64,000 nt of DNA from Candidatus Saccharimonadota bacterium (GCA_016178135.1 JACOTW010000012.1:1064-65063), one strand, 5' to 3'; positions 43,122-52,637 are shown, counted from the stretch's first letter. The notes: generated from the sequence alone by a model not told the origin. Made by a program: numbers and translations.

Positions 43122-44188
43122 GAATCCAGTAAATTAAAAAATTCTTCGGGTACTGGCACCTGAAATGTCATGTGCTTACCATTTTTCAGTGTAAGCTCTA
43201 GTTTTTCGGCGTGAAGGTATAGCCGATCAGCGGACTGGCCGTCGTATATCGTATCCCCTACAATAGGATAGCCTAGCTTTTTTAAGTGCACGCGTAGTTG
43301 ATGGGTGTGCTCAGTGCGCGGTTTTAGTTCAACTAAATCATAATTTTTTCCTGATTTAACAACATTGTATTCCGTTTGTGCCGTTTTGCCATTTATGCCA
43401 GTTCTAAATGTCTGTGGATGCTTAGGATTCCGCTCTATAGGCATATCAATAATCGCATGCGCAGGTATAATATGGCCAAAAACCACTGCTTTATAAGTTT
43501 TATATACCTTACGTGTAGAGAATTGCTTTTGAAGCCAGCTAAGCGAAGTATTGTTTTTGGCGCAAATAATAACCCCAGAGGTCGCCCTATCCAGACGATG
43601 AACAATCCCCTCTCGAGTTTGCATGGAAGATTTCTGCGAGTCCGATAAACTGGACTTACCCAAAGCTCCCTCATCCCCAGACCGACTAACCTCGGCTACA
43701 AACAGTTTTTCCTCTCTCGATGTACCTTCAGGTACCTCTCCTTCAGACAAAACTGTTTTCGCTCGAGCTGATTCGCCCTGGGAACGAGGGATTTTGCGTA
43801 AGTCCAGTAAACTAGTATTTTGTTGTCTAGCATGTTTATTCAAGTGATCGAATAGCCAAGTTGCGATGGTTGCTTCGGGATTGAACGCTCCTTTGCTGTG
43901 CGTCAACAACCCAGCTGGTTTATTTATAACAACACAGTCGTCATCTTCGTACAAAACCGGCAATTCTATTCTGGGTATATCTTCAGTTGTATTTGGATCA
44001 AAATCAATGTTAATTTGATCTTCTAACCTTAGTTTATATCCGGTTTTTTTGATCTCGTCTCCTACAGTTATAAACCCTCGGTTGCATAATTTTTGAACAT
44101 GCGCCCTACTGATTTGAGGTAATTTGTTATGTACAAAAACATCAAGCCTCTCTCCTGCAGAGGTTTTAGGCACCGTTACTTGTATCAT
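43118..44188 (-). CDS. rluD: RluD-type 23S rRNA pseudouridine synthase (S4 domain + RluA core) with in-frame family-A element
   Basis: N-terminal S4 domain (ERLDVFV...). Catalytic HRLDRATSGVIICAKN. Confidence 0.85.
   Translation of the reverse strand: MIQVTVPKTSAGERLDVFVHNKLPQISRAHVQKLCNRGFITVGDEIKKTGYKLRLEDQINIDFDPNTTEDIPRIELPVLYEDDDCVVINKPAGLLTHSKGAFNPEATIATWLFDHLNKHARQQNTSLLDLRKIPRSQGESARAKTVLSEGEVPEGTSREEKLFVAEVSRSGDEGALGKSSLSDSQKSSMQTREGIVHRLDRATSGVIICAKNNTSLSWLQKQFSTRKVYKTYKAVVFGHIIPAHAIIDMPIERNPKHPQTFRTGINGKTAQTEYNVVKSGKNYDLVELKPRTEHTHQLRVHLKKLGYPIVGDTIYDGQSADRLYLHAEKLELTLKNGKHMTFQVPVPEEFFNLLDS
43650..43807 (+). mobile_element. Family-A element, copy A11 (158 bp), intragenic in rluD
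   Basis: CTGGACTTACCCAAAG...ATTTTGCGTAAGTCCAG. Direct TAAA at 43646-49 and 43808-11. Confidence 0.9.
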
Positions 44189-44189
44189 G

Positions 44190-45275
44190 CTACGTACGCA
44201 ATCCTACGGCTTTTTGAACTTTAGCGAGTATTGTTTCAGCAATTTTACACATAGCGGTCTCGCTCATTGCCAACTTTTGCTCCAATGCTTTAGTATCAAC
44301 CATTTCTAATTTTGTCTGAAAATCCTCTAAAAATTGCCCCGTTAATATCGCGACGGCTTCTTTGAGTGGACCGTATTGCTTGGAACCGATAAATTCATGC
44401 TTTCTTCCGCCGAATAGCTCTAAAATATCCAATAAATTACTTATACCTGGCTGGGTAGTATAGTCATATTTGATCTCGCCTAGACTATCAGTAGTTGCGG
44501 ATTGAATTTTTTTGTGAGCTTGTTCCGGCGTATCATTTAAGAATATAACTCCCTTGCCCGATGCATCTGATTTACTCATTTTTTTAGCGGGATCAAGTAA
44601 ATCGCGTATACGTAGACCTTGGTCTTTGCCGAAAAATTCATGCTGCTCTTTAGCTGATTTCGGTACGATAAATAATTCACCAAACTTACTATTCATTCTT
44701 TCGGCAATATCACGTGTAAATTCCAGGTGTTGTTTTTGGTCATCTCCAACCGGTACGTATATAGCCCCATACAAAAGTATATCCGCAGCCATAAGTACAG
44801 GATAATCGAATAGCCCCATACTTACATGATTTTGTTGAAACGCATTCTTTGGATTAGCAGAAAAGGAATCTTGTCGAGCTGATTCACCCTGAGAACGAGG
44901 GATTTTGCGTAAGTCCAGTTTATCCTTAAACTGGGTCATGCGAGACATCTCTCCAAATCCAGTAAAACTATTCAGAATTATAGTAAGCTCACTATGTGCC
45001 GGCACATAACTTTGACGATAAATGTGTATATTTGGGTTGTCCAGCGGCAAACCAGCGGCTGCAAATACCCGCAGGTTATTCATAATGCCAGCCTGAAGTT
45101 GGCTGTGATCAATCGGTGTAGTAAAACTATGTAAGTCCGGAACGAACAAATTGATTTGATAATCATCGGCATGCCGTCGAGCCATATCAATTATAGGCAA
45201 AAGCGCCCCCAGATAGTTGCCTATATGTAGGTCATTATTAGCCCTAAGTCCGGTCAAAATCACTGGCTTATTCAT
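44190..45275 (-). CDS. trpS: Tryptophanyl-tRNA synthetase with a 15-codon family-A remnant
   Basis: HIGNYLGA (HIGH), KMSKS, YPVLMAADILLY. ATG at 45275 is chosen because upstream residues are translated repeat A13. Confidence 0.9.
   Translation of the reverse strand: MNKPVILTGLRANNDLHIGNYLGALLPIIDMARRHADDYQINLFVPDLHSFTTPIDHSQLQAGIMNNLRVFAAAGLPLDNPNIHIYRQSYVPAHSELTIILNSFTGFGEMSRMTQFKDKLDLRKIPRSQGESARQDSFSANPKNAFQQNHVSMGLFDYPVLMAADILLYGAIYVPVGDDQKQHLEFTRDIAERMNSKFGELFIVPKSAKEQHEFFGKDQGLRIRDLLDPAKKMSKSDASGKGVIFLNDTPEQAHKKIQSATTDSLGEIKYDYTTQPGISNLLDILELFGGRKHEFIGSKQYGPLKEAVAILTGQFLEDFQTKLEMVDTKALEQKLAMSETAMCKIAETILAKVQKAVGLRT
44874..44918 (+). repeat. Family-A right-arm remnant (45 nt) inside trpS
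   Basis: TCGAGCTGATTCACCCTGAGAACGAGGGATTTTGCGTAAGTCCAG followed by TTTA. Confidence 0.85.
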
Positions 45276-45327
45276 TGGTAATAGTATACACGAGTTACGG
45301 CGACAGCTAAAAACGATTGATTGTATA

Positions 45328-45484
45328 TAGGACTTACGCACTTTGTTACCAATGCCAGAGTGTAGCTGGGTGAGCGAAAACGGTTCAGGTTCTGGAGGGG
45401 TAGCCATAGCTACACCGAGAGAACATGGGCCGTTTGTAGCCACATAGGTTAAGTCTGGTGTGGTAAGAAAGTGCGTAAGTCCTA
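45328..45484 (-). mobile_element. Family-A element, copy A13 (157 bp), between rpsI and trpS
   Basis: TAGGACTTACGCACTTT ... AAAGTGCGTAAGTCCTA. Flanked by TATA on both sides. Confidence 0.8.
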
Positions 45485-45491
45485 TATAATT

Positions 45492-45899
45492 TTAACGCTT
45501 AGTGAACTGGCGTTGCTTGCGGGCACCTTTGAGGCCAAACTTCTTGCGTTCTTTTTCGCGTGGATTACGACTTAGTTGATCAGCACGACGCAGGGTACTA
45601 CGAAGGTCTTCGTTCATAAGAGCCAGGGCCTTAGCAATACCTAGACGGATGGCGTCAACTTGTCCGCTTGAACCGCCACCGGAAACCTTGGCGCTTACAT
45701 TGAATTTATTCTCTATTTCAAGAACAGTGAATGGACGTTGAAGTGCGTTGAGTAAATACTTACTATTTTCCAGGTAGTTTTCCGCTGGTTTACCATTAAT
45801 GACGATATCGCCCTTACCGGAAGTTAAACGCACACGTGCAGTGGCGCTTTTGCGACGCCCGAGTGCGTAGAAATAATTTTGCTTAGATGTAGTAGCCAT
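45492..45899 (-). CDS. rpsI: 30S ribosomal protein S9
   Basis: GGGSSGQVDAIRLGIAKAL...RKKFGLKGARKQRQFTKR. Confidence 0.95.
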   Translation of the reverse strand: MATTSKQNYFYALGRRKSATARVRLTSGKGDIVINGKPAENYLENSKYLLNALQRPFTVLEIENKFNVSAKVSGGGSSGQVDAIRLGIAKALALMNEDLRSTLRRADQLSRNPREKERKKFGLKGARKQRQFTKR

Positions 45900-46342
45900 T
45901 ACTTACCTTTCTTAACTGAATATTTTTCAGGCTTTTGGGCTTGATGATTATGTTCGCTACCGGCGTAAATTTTTAGTCGTGCCAAACGTTCGTCGCGCAA
46001 TTTATTGACTGGAAGCATTCCACGAATAGCCCTATATACTGGAAATGTCGGATCTTTGGCGAGTTTTTCGGTCAAAGTCGCGGTTTTTAGTCCGCCAGGA
46101 TAGTGGCTGTGGTGGTAATATTTTTTGTCCTCAAGTTTGTTGCCAGTCACTACTATTTTTTCGGCATTAATAATCACTACGAAGTCGCCACAGTCAATAT
46201 GCTTGGTGAACATCGGCTTATTTTTACCAGTTAGCAAGGTTGCTACTACTGAAGCCATACGACCAAGAGGCATTTCGGAGGCATCAATAACATACCACTT
46301 TCTTGCAACCTCAGACGGTTTGGCGCTATAAGTTTTCATCAT
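45899..46342 (-). CDS. rplM: 50S ribosomal protein L13
   Basis: KWYVIDASEMPLGRMAS... Confidence 0.95.
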   Translation of the reverse strand: MMKTYSAKPSEVARKWYVIDASEMPLGRMASVVATLLTGKNKPMFTKHIDCGDFVVIINAEKIVVTGNKLEDKKYYHHSHYPGGLKTATLTEKLAKDPTFPVYRAIRGMLPVNKLRDERLARLKIYAGSEHNHQAQKPEKYSVKKGK

Positions 46343-46810
46343 TTATTCCTTCTCCTCGGTCTTTGTTGGCTGTTTTTTGGTAGCAGCAGGTTTACTGGTA
46401 TTGGCTTTTTTAACAGTGGTAGCTTTTGCTACAGGCGCTTCTTTTAGATCATCAACAAAACTAATTCTGGCCATTTGACTGTTATCGCCACGACGTAAAA
46501 CAGTTCGCTCTATTCGCAGATGGCCACTTGTTCGACCTTTTAGCTTTGGAGCAATGTCGTCAACCAGCTTATGGGCCATTTCAACTGTCTGTAGATCGGC
46601 AATTATCTGTCGCCGATTATGAAGATCACCTTTTTTTGCTTTAGTGATCAGGTGTTCAACATAAGGGGCTACCTCCTTAGCTTTTGGCAAAGTAGTTTCA
46701 ATCGATTCATATTTAATGAGTGACTCTGCCAGACTCTTGATGAGTGCTGTTCGTTGATCGCGTTCTCTGTGAAACTTCCGACCTTTATATCCATGCCTAT
46801 GCATAGTCAA
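46343..46810 (-). CDS. rplQ: 50S ribosomal protein L17
   Basis: MHRHGYKGRKFHRERDQRTALIKSLAESLI. Confidence 0.9.
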   Translation of the reverse strand: MTMHRHGYKGRKFHRERDQRTALIKSLAESLIKYESIETTLPKAKEVAPYVEHLITKAKKGDLHNRRQIIADLQTVEMAHKLVDDIAPKLKGRTSGHLRIERTVLRRGDNSQMARISFVDDLKEAPVAKATTVKKANTSKPAATKKQPTKTEEKE

Positions 46811-46936
46811 CCTCCGGCTGTAATAATTCGGAATTCGTATAACGTATACTGGACTTGTACAGAGTCGCTTGCTCCCATACCAAAGGAGAGATATCTGAGT
46901 TTACTGTTTTACGTTCTACGCTACACGCACTGTTCA

Positions 46937-47881
46937 TTATAGTTCCAGTTCTGCCATTTTCTCTTTAGCTTCATCTAGGGCTTTGCTACCGAAACCTTTA
47001 AGTTCGCGCAACTCGCTATCACTAAGTGAAAAAAGATCCTTTAGTGTATGAATATCGTTATTAATAAGCGCATTTGTAGTACGCGCTGACAAATTTAGAT
47101 CTTCTATGGGTGTCATTAATTCCGCAGTATCATCGTTGTCAAATTCTATATGTTGGTCTTCTTTTTCTTTGGCATGTGGGGACGAGACTTCAATGCGAGT
47201 TTGACCGGCCAAGGCAGTGTATTGATTGACTAATATAGCCGATGCTTCTTCGAAAGCGTCGCTTGGGCTTATAGAACCGTCAGTGTCGATTGTTATAAGC
47301 AATTTGTCTAGGTCGGTCATCTGCCCTACGCGAGTATTCTCTATTTTGTAACGAACACGCAGAACGGGACTAAAGATAGCATCAAGTGCTATCATATCCG
47401 TATTTTTACGGCTAGAACCTTCTTCTATTGTCCGGTAACCTCTGCCAGTTTCTACTACTAAGTCCATGGTCAGATTTGATTTATCATCATCTATTGTGGC
47501 AATTAGATGTTCTGGATTTACGACTTCAACATCAGCATTTTTCTGGATATCTTTAGCTGTAACCTTACCCTTGCCATTCTTAACAATTCGCAAGGTTTGA
47601 GGTTCATCGCTAAAGATACGAAAACGAACACTCTTAAGATTAAGCATGATATCTACGATGTCTTCTTTTACACCTGGTAAGGTAGTAAATTCGTGCGAAG
47701 CACCTTCAACCTTGAAGGCAGTAATTGCTGCTCCGGCTATCGAAGATAGTAATACGCGCCGTAAACTATTACCAAGAGTCATTCCGTAGCCCGTGTGTAG
47801 GGGTTCGATGACAAACGTTGCGCTAGAAGGACCATGCTCATCAACGCTGACTAGTCCTGGGGTATGAATTATTTTTGACAT
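46937..47881 (-). CDS. rpoA: DNA-directed RNA polymerase alpha subunit
   Basis: N-terminal domain GYGMTLGNSLRRVLLSSI. C-terminal domain LNLSARTTNALINNDIHTLKDL. Confidence 0.95.
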   Translation of the reverse strand: MSKIIHTPGLVSVDEHGPSSATFVIEPLHTGYGMTLGNSLRRVLLSSIAGAAITAFKVEGASHEFTTLPGVKEDIVDIMLNLKSVRFRIFSDEPQTLRIVKNGKGKVTAKDIQKNADVEVVNPEHLIATIDDDKSNLTMDLVVETGRGYRTIEEGSSRKNTDMIALDAIFSPVLRVRYKIENTRVGQMTDLDKLLITIDTDGSISPSDAFEEASAILVNQYTALAGQTRIEVSSPHAKEKEDQHIEFDNDDTAELMTPIEDLNLSARTTNALINNDIHTLKDLFSLSDSELRELKGFGSKALDEAKEKMAELEL

Positions 47882-47900
47882 TGTTCTTTTCTCGCCTCCC

Positions 47901-48521
47901 TTAGCGTGAGTAATATTCCACGATTAGTTGTTCATTAATATCCGGCTCGGCCTCTTCGCGGGTTGGCACGCCGGTTACATTGATCTCAAACTTCTTACGA
48001 TTGACCTTTAGCCAGTTCGGCAACTCTGACGGAGCCGGACTAACATCATCAATTTTCTTGAAGTACTCGGTTGTTTTACTACGACCGCGAAGTACTAAAA
48101 CATCACCGGTCTGTAATCTAATAGAAGGTATGTCAACACGACGACCATTTAACATGAAGTGTCCGTGCGTAACCAGTTGTCTGGCAGCACGACGGCTAGG
48201 AGCAAGGCCAGCACGATACACGGCATTATCGGCGCGTTGTTCCAGGTATTGTAACAGTAATTGGCCTGATTGACCTTTTGTGCGGGACGCTTCTTTCATA
48301 AGTCTACTGAATTGCCGCTCAAGTAAACCATAGAGTCTTTTGACTTTTTGCTTTTCTCGAAGCTGTAATGAATACTGGCTAGCCTTGTTACGCATATTAT
48401 AGCCACCAGCCTGTTGTCCGGGTAAGGCTGTTCGTTTTGCTAGTGCTTTATGTGCCTTGGGATGCAGTGCATAGCCTTCTCGCCGACTCATTTTTACAAT
48501 GCTTTGAGTATCTCTAGCCAT
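47901..48521 (-). CDS. rpsD: 30S ribosomal protein S4
   Basis: YSLQLREKQKVKRLYG and S4 domain RQLVTHGHFMLNGRRVDIPS. Confidence 0.95.
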   Translation of the reverse strand: MARDTQSIVKMSRREGYALHPKAHKALAKRTALPGQQAGGYNMRNKASQYSLQLREKQKVKRLYGLLERQFSRLMKEASRTKGQSGQLLLQYLEQRADNAVYRAGLAPSRRAARQLVTHGHFMLNGRRVDIPSIRLQTGDVLVLRGRSKTTEYFKKIDDVSPAPSELPNWLKVNRKKFEINVTGVPTREEAEPDINEQLIVEYYSR

Positions 48522-48587
48522 TACAAATCTCCAGTTTCAACAATCTTGTACTAATCAAATTTTCTGTCTTATAGGTTCTATACATAC

Positions 48588-48983
48588 TTAGATCCTCCGC
48601 GCTTTCTTAGGACGAACGCCACCATGCGGTATGCCAGTTACGTCCTTGATGGCTTCAACCTGAATATCTAAGCCTTGAAGTGCCCGTACAGCCGATTCGC
48701 GTCCCAGCCCAATCCCTTTAATGTATACGTCAACCTTGCTCATTCCGTGTATTTGTTTAACGGCTTGTCCGGCCTTTTCAGCTGCGATTTGGGCAGCATA
48801 GGCGGTACCCTTCTTTGATCCGCGAAAGCCACAGCCGCCAGCACTTGCCGTAGTCAAAACACCACCTTTAGTATCAGTAAAACTCACTATGGTGTTATTG
48901 AAAGTAGCAAGTATATGCACCTGACCAATTGGAACTGGCCGCTTGGCCTTCTTTTTTTTGGATACTGTAGTTGATTCTGCCAT
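48588..48983 (-). CDS. rpsK: 30S ribosomal protein S11
   Basis: GQVHILATFNNTIVSFTDTKG...GIPHGGVRPKKARR. Confidence 0.95.
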   Translation of the reverse strand: MAESTTVSKKKKAKRPVPIGQVHILATFNNTIVSFTDTKGGVLTTASAGGCGFRGSKKGTAYAAQIAAEKAGQAVKQIHGMSKVDVYIKGIGLGRESAVRALQGLDIQVEAIKDVTGIPHGGVRPKKARRI

Positions 48984-48995
48984 ATTATTGATACC

Positions 48996-49382
48996 TTACG
49001 TCTTTGATGCTGATTTAGGTTGTGAACCACCAATAGCGGTTTTTTTACCGCGCTTAGTGCGAGCATTTGTACGAGTACGTTGTCCACGCACCGGTAAACT
49101 AGCTTTATGTCTGATTCCTCGGTAGCTATTAATGTCTTTGAGGCGCTTAATATTCGTGCTGACAATGCGTTGTAACTCACCCTCGACGGTATACTTTTCA
49201 TTAATTAAATCTTGGATGCGGGAAATTTCATTGTCAGTAAGATTTTTAACACGTACTGTTGGCTCAATTTTAGCTGAAGTTAGGATATCCGCACTGGATT
49301 TTGGCCCAATACCATACACATAAGTCAAGGCTACATGGACTTGCTTGCCGTCTGGAATAACTACGCCTGAAATTCTAGCCAC
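48996..49382 (-). CDS. rpsM: 30S ribosomal protein S13 (GTG start)
   Basis: ARISGVVIPDGKQVHVALTYVYGIG... Confidence 0.95.
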   Translation of the reverse strand: MARISGVVIPDGKQVHVALTYVYGIGPKSSADILTSAKIEPTVRVKNLTDNEISRIQDLINEKYTVEGELQRIVSTNIKRLKDINSYRGIRHKASLPVRGQRTRTNARTKRGKKTAIGGSQPKSASKT

Positions 49383-49408
49383 GAGATACCTCTTTTCGAG
49401 AGCTTAAA

Positions 49409-49551
49409 CTGGATTTACGCAAAACCGCTCGTTTCCAAAGTGATTCAGACCGACCCAAAACAGTTTTACCTGAAGGTACATCAAAAGAATAAAAACCGTT
49501 TGTAGCCGAACTGAATCGGCCTGGGGATGAGGGAGTTTTGGGTAAGTTCAG
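49409..49551 (-). mobile_element. Family-A element, copy A14 (143 bp, eroded), between rpmJ and rpsM
   Basis: CTGGATTTACGCAAAACCGCTCG...GGGAGTTTTGGGTAAGTTCAG. Confidence 0.8.
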
Positions 49552-49608
49552 CATACGACTAAATCCGACCGCTGTATTAGCTGCATTATATGTTCCATGC
49601 ATAAAATA

Positions 49609-49725
49609 TTAGCCCTGCCTTTGCTTATGCTTAGGTTTGAGCTTGTTAATAACATACAAACGTCCCTTACGACGAACAATTTTGTCGTCGGGACTGATTT
49701 TTTTAATACTTGCACGCACCTTCAT
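49609..49725 (-). CDS. rpmJ: 50S ribosomal protein L36 (Cys-less form)
   Basis: Own translation: [38 protein letters not shown]. Below the ORF-track cutoff. Confidence 0.9.
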   Translation of the reverse strand: MKVRASIKKISPDDKIVRRKGRLYVINKLKPKHKQRQG

Positions 49726-49764
49726 GCGGATCATGCTCCTTCCAGCGATGACACACTGCTTACT

Positions 49765-49986
49765 TTATGATTTGCGATAGGTTATCCGACCCTTCGTAAG
49801 ATCGTAAGGTGTCAACTCAACCGTTACGCTATCGCCGGGTACGAGGCGAATATAATGTTTTCGCATCTTTCCCGCGACATGGGCTATGATTTGATGGCCA
49901 TTCTCGAGCTCCACACGGAACTGTGTTCCGGGCAGAGCTTCGATAATAATTCCGGTTAGTTCGATAACTTCCTTGTTTTTGACCAT
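49765..49986 (-). CDS. infA: Translation initiation factor IF-1
   Basis: [45 protein letters not shown]. Confidence 0.95.
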   Translation of the reverse strand: MVKNKEVIELTGIIIEALPGTQFRVELENGHQIIAHVAGKMRKHYIRLVPGDSVTVELTPYDLTKGRITYRKS

Positions 49987-50056
49987 ACAAATATAACGTC
50001 ATTCGAGTGTATCAGATTACACTACAGATTGCAAAGGTTTTTTTGGTGAATCATAT

Positions 50057-51562
50057 TTATTTCTTTTTTGGTGAGCGTTTTTTGAACCCTAAACGTGCTA
50101 GTACGCGCCGTCCTTTAGGTGTCTTTAGGTCTTCAGTCTCATAGAAGTAGTCAGGCTGTTCGTACTGGTCATATGTGACCATGAGAGCTCGTGATTCCAG
50201 AGATCGTAACGTCTCGAGAGCTACGGCCACCAAAATCAGTATACTGGTACCGCTAAGCGCAATATTTGAACTCAAAAATACTTGTCCTATGATCGGCAAT
50301 AAGGCCAATATACCTAAGCTAAAAGCACCGAATAAAGTTAGTCGGTTTACTACTTTGCTTAGATATTTTTCAGTTTGCGTGCCAGAACGAATATCGGCGA
50401 TGAAGCCACCTTGTTTTTGAAGATTTTCGGCGATTTCCTTAGAATTAAAAGCAATACTTGTATAGAAAAATGTAAATGCAAAGATCAGCAGGAAATATAC
50501 AACCGGATAAACATAGGGCTCGAAACCGCCCTTGGCAAATGTCTGCGCCGATGGGTTCTGGAACCATAATATCAGCTTTTCGCCGACATTTTGGAGATGG
50601 GCGCTGTTATTGCCTCGTAGTAATTGACCGACAAAACTGGGAACGCTCAAAAACGCCACAGCAAATATAATAGGTATCACGCCAGCCGTAATAAGTTTAA
50701 CGGGTAGGACAGTCGTAACGCCGCCATAAGTACGATTACCTTGTACGCGTTTGGCATAATTGATAGTTATTCTTCGGGAGGCTTCATTAAGCATAACCAC
50801 CATAACGGTTACGGCAACCGTAACTACCGCAATAATAATTGTATAGACAAGTGCAGTTTTATTAATCGGTAGTTCCCTACCTAGGACATTGAGTTTGGAC
50901 CCTTGATTTATTACTGAATTTGCTAATTCAGTAATAGTTTTTGGCAAACTACTTACAATACCAACGGTAATAACCAGCGATATTCCATTGCCAATACCCT
51001 GTTCGGTTATTAGCTCGCCAAGCCACATGAGCAACATTGAGCCTCCAGTCAACGCGGTAATCATCAGCGCCCACTGCGCCAATGAAGTATTGGCCGTAAT
51101 ATCTCCGATACCACCTATTTGAGCTGCCGATTGACGAACAAGATAAATAGCGCCAACTGATTGAACAATAGCTAGAGGAAAGGCCATCAAGCGAGTGTAT
51201 TGATTAATCTTTTTACGACCGAATTCGCCTTCTTTGTTGAGCGCTTCAAGCTGGGGTATCGCCTTGGTAAGCAACTGCATAATAATAGAGGCATTAATGT
51301 AAGGTCCTAAACCGATAAGCATAATCGAGAAATTAGCCAAAGCTCCACCCGATAGAACATCAATAAAACTTAGTAGTTGGGGTGTTTTCGTCGATGTAAA
51401 AAGATTTTCTAGAACTTGTTTGAGGGTTTCAGGGCTACTAAGTGGAATAGGTATATGGGCCAAGATTCGAAAAACTAAAAGCATTCCAACGACAGCTAAA
51501 ATACGCTTGCGCATATCACTGTTGCCGAGTGCTTTCCAGATAATCTTCCAGCTCATTTTCAA
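50057..51562 (-). CDS. secY: Preprotein translocase subunit SecY (basic C-terminal extension)
   Basis: 10-TM pattern. LGPYINASIIMQLL, ITEQGIGNGISL. Confidence 0.95.
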   Translation of the reverse strand: MKMSWKIIWKALGNSDMRKRILAVVGMLLVFRILAHIPIPLSSPETLKQVLENLFTSTKTPQLLSFIDVLSGGALANFSIMLIGLGPYINASIIMQLLTKAIPQLEALNKEGEFGRKKINQYTRLMAFPLAIVQSVGAIYLVRQSAAQIGGIGDITANTSLAQWALMITALTGGSMLLMWLGELITEQGIGNGISLVITVGIVSSLPKTITELANSVINQGSKLNVLGRELPINKTALVYTIIIAVVTVAVTVMVVMLNEASRRITINYAKRVQGNRTYGGVTTVLPVKLITAGVIPIIFAVAFLSVPSFVGQLLRGNNSAHLQNVGEKLILWFQNPSAQTFAKGGFEPYVYPVVYFLLIFAFTFFYTSIAFNSKEIAENLQKQGGFIADIRSGTQTEKYLSKVVNRLTLFGAFSLGILALLPIIGQVFLSSNIALSGTSILILVAVALETLRSLESRALMVTYDQYEQPDYFYETEDLKTPKGRRVLARLGFKKRSPKKK

Positions 51563-51608
51563 CTACCCCCTGATATTTATACCTAACAATAGGCCTGTTT
51601 ATACAAAC

Positions 51609-52070
51609 TTAAGCCTTTTCAGTGGCTTTTTCTCGTCCGATACGAGGTACAGCCTGAAAATTACCACCAGCTTTCTGAATTGCAATTACAGCATTTTTGC
51701 TTGCCGCTTGCAATTTAACATCAGTTTTTTTTGTCACGTTACCCTTAACGACTAGCTTAACCTTAACATACGGACTAGATACTAAGCCTGCTTTTGTAAG
51801 GGTAAAATTATCTACTTGGGATCCGATGTTATTGATCTGTCCGGTATATACAACTTCAGCTTTTGGGCGAATACTACGAAATCCTCGAAGTTTTGGCAGA
51901 CGTTGCATAAGAGGATTTTGTCCACCCTCAAATCCAGGTCTAGTACCGCTACCGCGAGCATTTTGACCTTTCGTACCACGTCCAGCTGTTTTACCCTGTC
52001 CGGCAGCAATACCGCGACCAACTCTTTTGGCTGAACGATTAGAAGTGGTTTTTAATTCGTGATACTTCAT
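51609..52070 (-). CDS. rplO: 50S ribosomal protein L15
   Basis: KRVGRGIAAGQGKTAGRGTKGQNARSG-type N-terminus. Confidence 0.95.
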   Translation of the reverse strand: MKYHELKTTSNRSAKRVGRGIAAGQGKTAGRGTKGQNARGSGTRPGFEGGQNPLMQRLPKLRGFRSIRPKAEVVYTGQINNIGSQVDNFTLTKAGLVSSPYVKVKLVVKGNVTKKTDVKLQAASKNAVIAIQKAGGNFQAVPRIGREKATEKA

Positions 52071-52636
52071 TTTAAGACCTCTGATTTAGCTGACGATTTT
52101 TTTGTAGATTTAGCGCTGACAGCCGCTGCTGGCCTGCTGACTTTTTGCCTAGTAACCCAATTTTTTGCCGGCTCAATACTCTTTAATGCTTCAACTGTTG
52201 CGTAAGCAGTGTTGATTTTGTTAGTTGAACCGAACGATTTACTAAGGGCATTACCGATACCAGCAACCTCCAAAACGGTGCGCACTACACCGCCAGCGAT
52301 TAAACCCGTACCGGGACTCGCTGGTTTAACTAAGATGTGGGCGCCACTAACCTTGGCTTCAGCCTCATGCGGAACAGTACCCTTATATACGTTGATGGTG
52401 GTTATATTTTTCTTGGCAATTTCTACTGCCTTTGTTACGGCCGAAGTAACATCGGCACCTTTGGCGGTACCTATACCAACTCGATTTTTGTGGTCACCAA
52501 TAACTACTAGTGCACGGAAACGGAAACGACGGCCACCCTTGACGACGCGTGCCACGCGATCAATATGAACTACGCGTTCATCAAGTTGTTTTTCTTCTGG
52601 CTCTATTCTTGGCCGGCTTCGCTGATGATCTGCCAT
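52067..52636 (-). CDS. rpsE: 30S ribosomal protein S5
   Basis: VVHIDRVARVVKGGRRFRFRALVVIGD. ATG at 52636. Confidence 0.95.
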   Translation of the reverse strand: MADHQRSRPRIEPEEKQLDERVVHIDRVARVVKGGRRFRFRALVVIGDHKNRVGIGTAKGADVTSAVTKAVEIAKKNITTINVYKGTVPHEAEAKVSGAHILVKPASPGTGLIAGGVVRTVLEVAGIGNALSKSFGSTNKINTAYATVEALKSIEPAKNWVTRQKVSRPAAAVSAKSTKKSSAKSEVLK

Positions 52637-52637
52637 A

